Part shown: in pieces, positions 9,715 through 17,673 of the stretch
How the letters are laid out: each line of letters opens with the position of its first letter
Position numbering within the stretch: the first letter of the stretch is position 1
Assembly (NCBI RefSeq): GCF_000025945.1
Contig: NC_006138.1
Location: 2,190,001 to 2,222,000, forward strand
Source: Desulfotalea psychrophila LSv54
GTDB lineage: Bacteria > Desulfobacterota > Desulfobulbia > Desulfobulbales > Desulfocapsaceae
DNA length: 32,000 bases
Direction of reading: 5' to 3'
Position numbers and translations under genes: made by a program
Notes under the pieces: model-generated
What the model was told of the DNA's origin: nothing
The model's input: the letters and a program-made list of their open reading frames with translations, nothing else
Database searches by the model: none

Positions 9715-10761
9715 ATGCAAAAAAAAGATATATTATTTTCTATAGGTTGGCCCCTTTCCTCTCTCTATGCAGGCATTATGAAATTACGTTGCCTACTATA
9801 CCGTCGTGGCCTATTCAGGCAACATCATTTTCCGGTACCTGTTATTTCAGTGGGGAATTTAACCATGGGAGGTACGGGCAAAACACCGGTAACTCATTAT
9901 ATTGCTAAACTCCTGCTTGAACACGGTCTACAACCGGCCATTATTAGTCGTGGCTACTCTGGAAAGTCCGGGGGCGAGGTTAATATTGTCTCCGATGGCC
10001 AGAGGATACTCCTCTCGGCGGAACAGGCGGGGGATGAACCCTATATGCTTGCCTCCATGCTGGCGGGTGTCATTGTTATTACAGGGAAAAAACGATACCT
10101 GTCCTGTAAGTATGCCGTAGAAAAAATGCAGGCAGAGGTGATTATCCTCGATGATGGCTTTCAGCATCTTGCTGTTGCCCGTAATCTTGATCTGGTACTC
10201 TTTGATGCCCAGACGGGCATGGGCAATAATAGGGTTTTTCCCGGTGGAGATCTACGTGAGGCCCGCTTTGCCCTAGATCGAGCGGACGCATTTTTGATTA
10301 CGGGTAAATGTCCACGAGAAGAGGAGGAGTTGTTGGCAATTGAGCTTGAATTACAGCACGAGCTGCCTCAGTGCCCTCTTTTTTCTGTTTATAGAACAGA
10401 GGGTGTTTTTTATTCCGCCAAACAAGAAAAAGTGGTTACTCATCTGCCCAAAAAGGTATTTGCCTTTTGCGGTATTGCCAATCCGGAGAGATTTCATCAT
10501 GATTTAGAGAAGCAGGGCTTTTCCTTGGTAGGTTTCAAGGCGTTTTCTGATCATCAACAGTATACAGGGCAGTGTATAGAGGAGATTGTCAAGGAGGCGA
10601 AAAAAGGTGGAGCTCAGGCAATTATTACTACCGATAAAGATCTGGTGAAAATAGATTCTTTTGCCACAGAGCTACCTCTTTATTCAGCACGACCCAGGAC
10701 AACGATAAGTACAGATTTTGATGAGCTTATATTAAAGACCTGTGCCTCTTTCGGGGAGTAG
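9715..10761 (+). CDS. lpxK: Tetraacyldisaccharide 4'-kinase
   Basis: 348-aa ORF; VPVISVGNLTMGGTGKTPVTHYIA, SRGYSGKSGG, LDDGFQHLAVARNLDLVLFD and AFCGIANPERF motifs. Confidence 0.95.
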   Translation: MQKKDILFSIGWPLSSLYAGIMKLRCLLYRRGLFRQHHFPVPVISVGNLTMGGTGKTPVTHYIAKLLLEHGLQPAIISRGYSGKSGGEVNIVSDGQRILLSAEQAGDEPYMLASMLAGVIVITGKKRYLSCKYAVEKMQAEVIILDDGFQHLAVARNLDLVLFDAQTGMGNNRVFPGGDLREARFALDRADAFLITGKCPREEEELLAIELELQHELPQCPLFSVYRTEGVFYSAKQEKVVTHLPKKVFAFCGIANPERFHHDLEKQGFSLVGFKAFSDHQQYTGQCIEEIVKEAKKGGAQAIITTDKDLVKIDSFATELPLYSARPRTTISTDFDELILKTCASFGE

Positions 10762-10953
10762 GAAGTGGGTGTTTTATAACCAAAATCCCTTCATGTGTGT
10801 TTTTTCCCTCACAAAAGATAAGGAGGGGCAAAAAGACGCAGCTCTTCTATCTGGCCGCTACTGCGAGATTTAATTGATAAATTTGTATTTATTTTAAAAT
10901 GGCATTGTTGTTGCATCTATAAAGTAAACTTCTTAATCTATTTTGGAATAACT

Positions 10954-11946
10954 ATGAAATTATCTGTAATGCCAAATCAATATACCCTGCGTAAGTCTGT
11001 TAGCTGTTGTGGCGTTGGTCTCCACACAGGAAGAACCGTAAATCTCACCATCAAGCCTGCCCCGGTTGACAGTGGTATTCGCTTCTTTAGAACAGATCTT
11101 CATCCATGCCAAGTAATTAAGGCGCATATGGACAAGATCGTTGATACCCGCCTTGCAACTACCATTGGTGAGGCAGATGCAACTATCTCAACCACCGAGC
11201 ATCTGATGGCAGCCCTGCACGCCTACGGTATTGATAATGCTGATATCGAAATTGATTCTCACGAGGTGCCTATCATGGACGGTAGTGCCGGTCCATTTTT
11301 TAACCACCTTAAATCTTCAGGCAAGAAACGGCAGGATGGACTGAAGAAGGTTTTGCGTGTTATCAAGCCTATTCGCTATCAGCAAGGTGATAAGGTCATG
11401 GAAATTCTTCCCTATGATGGTTTTAAGGTAACAGGAAAAATTTCCTTTGACGATACCATAGATGATGCCATAATAAAGACTCAAAGCTATACCTTTGATA
11501 TGTCGCCGGAGGCTTTTTTGAAGGACATTGCCTCTGCCCGTACCTTTGGCTATGTAGAACAGGTTGAAGAGCTGTGGGCCAATGGTCTTGCTCTGGGTGG
11601 ATCACTTGCCAATGTTATTGCGATCCATTGGAATCGTACCTCTGTGCTTAACGAAGATGGTCTTCGTTACCATGATGAGTTTATTCGCCACAAGGTCCTT
11701 GATATTGTAGGAGATCTCTATTTACTTGGTTGCCCTATTTTAGGTCATGTGAGATCCCATAAAACAGGACATACCGAGCATCGTGCCTTTATGCAGGCCA
11801 TTGCAAATGCTTCTGATTGTTGGGAGTTTTGTGAGCTTAGCTCAAATTCAGGAACCTCTGTACTGGGAAGAGCCATTGACTCTACTCTGGCCGCTGCTGA
11901 GGGTATACTTATGCCTTTCTTCAACCCTCAGCCACTAGTTGCCTAG
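10954..11946 (+). CDS. lpxC: UDP-3-O-acyl-N-acetylglucosamine deacetylase
   Basis: 330-aa ORF; GVGLHTGRTV, TTEHLMAALHAYGIDN, EVPIMDGSAGPF, HKVLDIVGDL and SHKTGHTEH motifs. Confidence 0.96.
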   Translation: MKLSVMPNQYTLRKSVSCCGVGLHTGRTVNLTIKPAPVDSGIRFFRTDLHPCQVIKAHMDKIVDTRLATTIGEADATISTTEHLMAALHAYGIDNADIEIDSHEVPIMDGSAGPFFNHLKSSGKKRQDGLKKVLRVIKPIRYQQGDKVMEILPYDGFKVTGKISFDDTIDDAIIKTQSYTFDMSPEAFLKDIASARTFGYVEQVEELWANGLALGGSLANVIAIHWNRTSVLNEDGLRYHDEFIRHKVLDIVGDLYLLGCPILGHVRSHKTGHTEHRAFMQAIANASDCWEFCELSSNSGTSVLGRAIDSTLAAAEGILMPFFNPQPLVA

Positions 11947-11977
11947 GGGATAGCCTCTTCTTCTGGTCGAAAAAAAA

Positions 11978-12009
11978 GGGTTTACGGTAAAACCGTAAAC
12001 CCTTTTTTG
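11978..12009. terminator. Probable bidirectional Rho-independent terminator between convergent lpxC and the deaminase gene
   Basis: Perfect 10-bp stem GGGTTTACGG (11978-11987) / CCGTAAACCC (11993-12002), 5-nt loop, A-tract on one side and T-tract on the other. Confidence 0.9.
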
Positions 12010-12037
12010 TCTTTGTCGCCTAAAAAATTACCAATGG

Positions 12038-12625
12038 TCAGCTACCTTGGCGAGCATTATAGACATGACTACCGCTCTTGGCAAACTCGTAAAAGACCTC
12101 AACAGCCTTCTCGGTAAGCATATTGTCCGTTACTGAAATACTTCTTAACGCGAGTTGGGCCTGCCAATCATCTGGCACAAATCCTTCATCAAAACCTGTT
12201 ATCTCTTCAAGCTCAGGTCCTGATCCGGCAATGGTGAGATGGCGGGCACCGGACCACATAAGGGCACCCAAACACATAATGCAGGGACGCCAATTTACCA
12301 CCAACTCATGTTCCGGCATACCGGGCGCACCGAGATCAAAGTTCTCAAGTTTTTGCTGAGCCAGAGAGATGGCCATTACCTCTGCATGAGCCGAAGAGCA
12401 GTTTAAGGGCATCACTCGATTAACTCCGAGCATTACCAACCGACCACTCTCTTTTTCAAAAATCCCTGCAGCAAAGGGTCCACCTGTTTCTTGGCGAATA
12501 TTCTGTCGGGAAAATTCGATAACAGCCGCCATTCGATCCTCCGCCTTTGGCATAAACTCGGGAAGGTTCTGCTGTAATTTCGTTGCCCATTCAGGCAAGT
12601 TTAAAGAAAATGTACTATTTGGCAT
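12038..12625 (-). CDS. Nucleoside/cytidine deaminase-family zinc hydrolase
   Basis: 195-aa ORF; zinc-binding motifs HAEVMA and WRPCIMCLGALMWSG. Confidence 0.85.
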   Translation of the reverse strand: MPNSTFSLNLPEWATKLQQNLPEFMPKAEDRMAAVIEFSRQNIRQETGGPFAAGIFEKESGRLVMLGVNRVMPLNCSSAHAEVMAISLAQQKLENFDLGAPGMPEHELVVNWRPCIMCLGALMWSGARHLTIAGSGPELEEITGFDEGFVPDDWQAQLALRSISVTDNMLTEKAVEVFYEFAKSGSHVYNARQGS

Positions 12626-12734
12626 GGCTATTATCCATTCGCTAAGATGGCGACAATTTATAAAGAGAGAGGGAACCTTGCAAAAAGGGGCAAGGCTTTA
12701 TGGGTTCTTTACCAGAGACCATTCGGTCTAACGC

Positions 12735-12778
12735 AAAAAACCGTATTGGTATATGATGAAATTTCAAAACCAATACGG
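12735..12778 (-). terminator. Rho-independent terminator downstream of the DegT-family aminotransferase
   Basis: Perfect 10-bp inverted repeat CCGTATTGGT (12741-12750) / ACCAATACGG (12769-12778); A6 on + at 12735-12740 gives a T6 tail on -. Confidence 0.75.
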
Positions 12779-12804
12779 CGTACCTTTCTTTAAGGAGGCG
12801 AGGA

Positions 12805-14007
12805 CTACACCTGAGCAGCTTTCTTCAGGGCAGTACACATTTGAGCAAGCTTTGCCTCATCTGTTTTTACAGCAATAGGGTAGACCAGACAACGACCAAT
12901 GAGGTCTGCTGACTGTGGCAGGGCGGCAGGATCATAAACAAAGCGCTTACGATTCTCTCCACCGACAAAGGGCCAGCCTGAAGCGGTACAGGTTTTGGCG
13001 CCAAGCAGATGTTCCCATTTGGGGTAAAAGTGCCAGGTGTTTTCGGCAAAATTAATTGCCCCACAACCCTCTGCTCGAAGAACCTCATTTACCCGGGAGC
13101 TGTGCTCTTTGTCCTGAAGGAAAAATGAGAAGAATGAGGCAGAATCACCTTTTTCATCCATGATATGTCTAAAAGAGACACCAGGAATTGCCGAGGCGGC
13201 CTCTTTTAATATTGCCTTGTGCTTTTGGTGCTGAGAAACAATATAGTCGAGTTTGCCCAGCTGAGCCAAGCCAATGGCACCCTGAATTTCCATCATACGA
13301 TAATTGGAACCAATAAAGCGACGTTTGTCACCACCACGTCCACCGGGATTATCCAGATGATCATGACCATGGTCATGATACTCAGACATAGTGCGCCAAA
13401 GATCGGCGTTATCGGTAATAATCATTCCACCTTCACCGGTGGTGATGGTCTTTACTGAGTCAAAAGAAAATGTTCCACAATCGCCAAAGGAACCTACATG
13501 CTTGCCGTTAATGCGGGCGCCTGGTGCCTGAGCACTATCTTCGAGGACAAAGATGTTTTTTGCCTTAGCAATGGCAACAATCTCTTCTATACGAGCGGGA
13601 GCACCCAACATGTGCACAGGGATAATACACTTTGTCTTGGCGGTAATCTTCTTTTTAAGGTCTGCTGGATCCATATTCATGGTTTCATCGACCTCGGTGA
13701 AAACAGGAGTGGCACCAATTTCCAGAATAGCCTCCCAGGTAGCAACAAAGGTAAAACCCTGGGTGATAACCTCATCACCAGGACCAACTCCAAGCCCCAT
13801 AAGAGCTACTTTCAGAGCGGCACTTCCCGAGGTTACTGCCTGGCCATGGGTGCTATTTGCATAGCTGGCAAATTTGTTTTCAAACTCTTTTACCTTATAA
13901 ACACCCTTACGCTGGTCTTTGAATTCGTAACGAAAAAGCACACCACTATCAAGAACTTCGTTCACCTGTTGCTTTTCTTCTTCTCCAAATACTTCAAAAC
14001 CCGGCAT
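12805..14007 (-). CDS. DegT/DnrJ/EryC1/StrS-family PLP-dependent sugar aminotransferase, possibly KdnA-like
   Basis: 400-aa ORF; TSGSAALKVALMGLGVGPGDEVI, LEDSAQAPGA and GDCGTFSFDSVKTITTGEGGMI with the PLP lysine; HDHGHDHLDNPGGRGGDKRRFIGSNYRMMEIQGAIGLAQLGKL. Confidence 0.88.
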   Translation of the reverse strand: MPGFEVFGEEEKQQVNEVLDSGVLFRYEFKDQRKGVYKVKEFENKFASYANSTHGQAVTSGSAALKVALMGLGVGPGDEVITQGFTFVATWEAILEIGATPVFTEVDETMNMDPADLKKKITAKTKCIIPVHMLGAPARIEEIVAIAKAKNIFVLEDSAQAPGARINGKHVGSFGDCGTFSFDSVKTITTGEGGMIITDNADLWRTMSEYHDHGHDHLDNPGGRGGDKRRFIGSNYRMMEIQGAIGLAQLGKLDYIVSQHQKHKAILKEAASAIPGVSFRHIMDEKGDSASFFSFFLQDKEHSSRVNEVLRAEGCGAINFAENTWHFYPKWEHLLGAKTCTASGWPFVGGENRKRFVYDPAALPQSADLIGRCLVYPIAVKTDEAKLAQMCTALKKAAQV

Positions 14008-14038
14008 CTCTTTCTCCTTTTGTAGAAAAGACTATTTT

Positions 14039-14398
14039 CTACTTCACGATTTCTTTAATTGTATTATCTGGGTTAAGCAGAACAACATTTGGTCTATGCT
14101 CATCTACTTCATCGTCTGAACAGAGGGCATAGGTGACAATAATGAGAAAATCGCCTATCATTCCCTTACGTGCCGCTGCTCCGTTGAGTTGAATTGCACC
14201 GGATCCCGCTTCTCCCTCAATTGCATAGGTTTCAAATCGTTCGCCATTATTTACGTTATAGACATAGATACGTTCATAGGGACGAATACCTGAAGCTTTT
14301 AGCAGATCGGTATCAATAGTGAGACTTCCTTCATAATTCAAGTCAGCAGCCGAAATTGTGGCTCGGTGCAACTTAGCCTTCATCATCTGATGTAACAT
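14039..14398 (-). CDS. panD: Aspartate 1-decarboxylase
   Basis: Conserved MMKAKLHRATISAADLNYEGSLTID, with G-S pyruvoyl cleavage site, and NGERFETYAIEGEAGSGAIQLNGAAARKG. The ORF track's 14503 start adds a non-conserved 35-aa N-terminus; ATG 14398 (or 14386/14383) is more likely. Confidence 0.93.
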   Translation of the reverse strand: MLHQMMKAKLHRATISAADLNYEGSLTIDTDLLKASGIRPYERIYVYNVNNGERFETYAIEGEAGSGAIQLNGAAARKGMIGDFLIIVTYALCSDDEVDEHRPNVVLLNPDNTIKEIVK

Positions 14399-14506
14399 AA
14401 TAATAAACCAATAAAATTTTACCCTCAAGCGGGGAGAGGTGACACGCACTATCCTATTGCGAATAAAATAATGCAGAACACAGCCCAAACAAGGGGCGCA
14501 CAACGC

Positions 14507-14547
14507 AAAAAAGAGGAAAAATCATCTTCATGAAAATTTTCCTCTTT
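14507..14547 (-). terminator. Rho-independent terminator between panC and panD
   Basis: 11-bp inverted repeat AAAGAGGAAAA (14510-14520) / TTTTCCTCTTT (14537-14547), with A-rich + sequence at 14507-14512 giving a T tail on -. Confidence 0.65.
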
Positions 14548-14554
14548 CTGTTCT

Positions 14555-15415
14555 TTATGTCAATAATGCAGAATTGTCAATAAGACGAATACGTTCAGCA
14601 ATTCGTACAGCAAGTGCCATCACGTTTCCCGGTTGGACTGTTGGGCTAGGTTCAAGTGTCTGTTGGTCAACAATAGAAATATACTCTGGCTCATAACCGG
14701 CATCGATAATCACGCCTCTCGCCTTGGTTATAACCTCATCGCTCTCAATAGTCTTGCCAGCCGCACTCCTTGCCAGGACATAGTCCTTGGCTACTTCCAG
14801 AGCCTGAGAGAGGCAGAGGGCTTTGAGGCGTTGCTCTGCATTAAGATACTTATTTCGAGAGCTCATGGCCAAGCCATCGTCTTCGCGATAGATAGGGCAG
14901 GAGATAATCTGTAGATCGAAATCCAGATCAATAACCAGCTGTTTGATCATTGCTAATTGCTGAAAATCCTTTTCACCAAAGATAGCAAAATCAGGCTGAC
15001 AGAGATGGAAGAGCTTGGTGACAACGGTGGCAACCCCGTCGAAGTGTCCGGGTCTGCCGGCACCACAGAGATCAGCGGTAAGAGTGGTCACGCTAATATT
15101 TGTCTGAAAATTTGGTCCGTACATCTCCGTTGTTTCGGGGCAAAATAAAACATCGGTGCCAAGCTCTTCTGCCAGACGGGAATCTTTTTCATAGGGACGC
15201 GGGTAGGCATCCAGATCTTCACCTGGACCAAATTGGATGGGATTGACAAATAAACTGACAATAAGTCGATCTGCAATCTCCCTTCCCTTTTTTATCAGAG
15301 AAAGGTGGCCCTGATGAAAACAACCCATGGTGGGGACAAGAGCCACGGTAAGGCCTTGCTCCTGCCATTTTTTTACCTGCTCCCGTATCTCTTGTCTGCT
15401 ACTTATCTTTTTCAC
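14555..15415 (-). CDS. panC: Pantothenate synthetase
   Basis: 286-aa ORF; VPTMGCFHQGHLSLI, VSLFVNPIQFGPGEDLDAYPR, GEKDFQQLAMIKQLV and RDDGLAMSSRNKYLN motifs. Confidence 0.96.
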   Translation of the reverse strand: MKKISSRQEIREQVKKWQEQGLTVALVPTMGCFHQGHLSLIKKGREIADRLIVSLFVNPIQFGPGEDLDAYPRPYEKDSRLAEELGTDVLFCPETTEMYGPNFQTNISVTTLTADLCGAGRPGHFDGVATVVTKLFHLCQPDFAIFGEKDFQQLAMIKQLVIDLDFDLQIISCPIYREDDGLAMSSRNKYLNAEQRLKALCLSQALEVAKDYVLARSAAGKTIESDEVITKARGVIIDAGYEPEYISIVDQQTLEPSPTVQPGNVMALAVRIAERIRLIDNSALLT

Positions 15416-16101
15416 TTTTTTGCCTGCAATCGAACAATTTTAGACTCAATATAGGATTTAGCCTGTGGACGACTGCTTTCCAGAGTTAAAAGATAGTCGT
15501 TATAGGTAAGTATTGCTTTTTCTATATCACCACGAGCTTCCCAGGTGCGAGCCATTCCAAGATAGGCCAGGTCATTATAACCGGAAAAAATCTTAAGATG
15601 CTGATACATTTCATAGGCCTCTACATACTTTTTCTGAGCCTCAAGAGATTCCGCCTGACCAAAAATGATTAATGGATGGAGGGGGTCAGTATCTGTTATC
15701 TTATCAAGAATAATGCTGTAACTTGAATAGGCCTTAGCGTATGCCTTTTCTGCCATATAGCCATGTGCTAACTCAATAGTTGCCCAAGTCGCCGAATTTG
15801 TTCCAGAATAATCTTCTACGACTTTCCTTAAATAGTTAGCTCGTTTATCAGCAGGTTCTTCGAGGGCAAGACCAAGGGCTGAAGACGCCTCTGCTGTATG
15901 TTTTTTACTATAGGAAGCATAGAGAGAAAAAGCCACAACCATAATAATAACAAAGGCCAAAGCTAACTGGATTGCACGGACATTTTTTCGGATAAAGGTA
16001 ATGGTCTTGGGGGGAAGGTTAAAATGTTCTAACACACCTTCGACGTCGCTCATTGTATCTTTTGCTACATACTTCTTTTCAAATGCACTGTGGTTTGCCA
16101 T
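15412..16101 (-). CDS. Membrane-anchored TPR-like (YfgM-like) protein
   Basis: TM segment AIQLALAFVIIMVVAFSLYASY then TPR-like repeats. ORF track start is 16182; ATG 16101 (MANHSAFEKK) has a good SD (gggag). 4-nt overlap with panC. Confidence 0.7.
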   Translation of the reverse strand: MANHSAFEKKYVAKDTMSDVEGVLEHFNLPPKTITFIRKNVRAIQLALAFVIIMVVAFSLYASYSKKHTAEASSALGLALEEPADKRANYLRKVVEDYSGTNSATWATIELAHGYMAEKAYAKAYSSYSIILDKITDTDPLHPLIIFGQAESLEAQKKYVEAYEMYQHLKIFSGYNDLAYLGMARTWEARGDIEKAILTYNDYLLTLESSRPQAKSYIESKIVRLQAKK

Positions 16102-16326
16102 AAAAAAGTCTCCCAAATATCTTCGTTGACCGAAAACAATAAGGCGTAAAGGGTTAAAACTTGAGGAATAGGCCTCTAACAAATAGTGGGAAATGCAGTT
16201 CCTACTTTAACATTGCTCGGCAATATAATATATAGAGCGTAGCCTGTCTATGCGTAAAAGAGAGATATTTTCAAGAAAACAAAAGTAGGACTATCCTACT
16301 CAACAAACGACATATTCATATTAAAT

Positions 16327-17673
16327 ATGACATTTCTTAAGCAACCAATATACTCAGTATCAGAGATTACCGGATCAATCAAGACCCTTTTAGAAGGAAA
16401 ATTTCGTTTTATTACAATCAGAGGGGAAATATCTAATCTGAAAACACCCTATTCTGGTCATAGTTACTTCACCCTCAAGGATGATAAGGCCCAAATACGA
16501 GCTGTTATCTTTAAAAACCAGAAGCGCTATCTCCTTGATCCTCTACAGGACGGTAAACAGGTTATCTGCCATGGCAGAATATCTCTTTATGAACCACGAG
16601 GTGAATATCAGATCATCGTTGACAGCATTGAAGGTGACGGGGCAGGACAATTTCGTCAGGAGTTTGAAAAAATAAAAAAAAGGCTGGAAGAGAGGGGCTA
16701 TTTTGCAGGATCTAGCAAAAAGAACATTCCTCCCTATCCTGAAAAAATTGTTATTATTTCTTCACCTACAGGGGCTGCAATACAAGATTTTCTGAAGATA
16801 TATCAAATTCGGCAGAGCTTTACTCATTTGCAAATACTGCCCGTACGAGTTCAGGGCGAACAGGCGGCAGAGGAGATAGCTGAGGCAATCCGAATAGCCA
16901 ATGGCCTTGATAATATTGATCTCATTGTCCTTTGTCGGGGTGGTGGCTCGATTGAGGATCTATGGGCCTTCAACGAAATTGCCGTGGCTGAGGCCATCCA
17001 TGCATCTCAGTTGCCCGTAGTTACAGGGGTAGGTCATGAGGTTGATTTTACAATTGCTGATTTTTGTGCTGATGCCAGAGCTGCCACACCTACGGGGGCT
17101 GCTGAGATGCTCTTGGCTGACAGTGAGGAACTAGGACGAAAAATTATGGCCTATGGCAATCGGCAAAGGGCCATACTGGGTGGACAAATTTCTTTCTATC
17201 AGCAAAAGCTGAAACGGCTCACAAAATCCCTCAGTCTCATAGAGTATTCGGTTGAACAATCCTCTCACCATCTCGAACTTACCATCTCCTATTTCAAACA
17301 GGCAATGCTCTCATCTATGGAGAGGCGAGAGCAAAAACTGCAACAGGGCAGTGAGCGTCTTAAGGCGGAAGCGCCTCTACACAAGATCATTTTGCAAAAA
17401 CAGAGGGTAGAAAATTTAAAACACAGGCTGAAGAGACAGATAAGACATAGCCTTGATGAAAAAAAGGGGCAGTTTTCTCAACAGGCCGCCTTACTCAACA
17501 GCGTCAGCCCTCTGGCTACCCTTTCCCGAGGTTATGCTGTGGCAAGAATTATTTCCACGGGCAGAAAGGAAATCATCTCAAACAGTACTCAGGTAAAGGA
17601 GGGGCAGGAGATCAATGTCCTCCTTGGCCAAGGCTCCCTTGACTGTAAGATAGTTAAGAGCAACCAGGATTAA
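16327..17673 (+). CDS. xseA: Exodeoxyribonuclease VII large subunit
   Basis: 448-aa ORF; YSVSEITGSIKTLLEGKF, RGEISNLKTPYSGHSYFTLKDDKAQIRAVIF, VLCRGGGSIEDLWAFN and PVVTGVGHEVDFTIADF motifs. Confidence 0.96.
   Translation: MTFLKQPIYSVSEITGSIKTLLEGKFRFITIRGEISNLKTPYSGHSYFTLKDDKAQIRAVIFKNQKRYLLDPLQDGKQVICHGRISLYEPRGEYQIIVDSIEGDGAGQFRQEFEKIKKRLEERGYFAGSSKKNIPPYPEKIVIISSPTGAAIQDFLKIYQIRQSFTHLQILPVRVQGEQAAEEIAEAIRIANGLDNIDLIVLCRGGGSIEDLWAFNEIAVAEAIHASQLPVVTGVGHEVDFTIADFCADARAATPTGAAEMLLADSEELGRKIMAYGNRQRAILGGQISFYQQKLKRLTKSLSLIEYSVEQSSHHLELTISYFKQAMLSSMERREQKLQQGSERLKAEAPLHKIILQKQRVENLKHRLKRQIRHSLDEKKGQFSQQAALLNSVSPLATLSRGYAVARIISTGRKEIISNSTQVKEGQEINVLLGQGSLDCKIVKSNQD

Noticed and set aside
13498-14025. 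175-aa + strand ORF (MLAVNAGAWCLSTIF...)
   Set aside because: Entirely antisense to the well-supported DegT-family aminotransferase; no recognisable motif, low-complexity tail, no independent evidence.
14399-14503. 35-aa N-terminal extension of PanD on the ORF track (MCAPCLGCVLHYFIRNR...)
   Set aside because: PanD normally begins at M(M)KAKLHRATIS; the extension looks like untranslated leader in an open frame.
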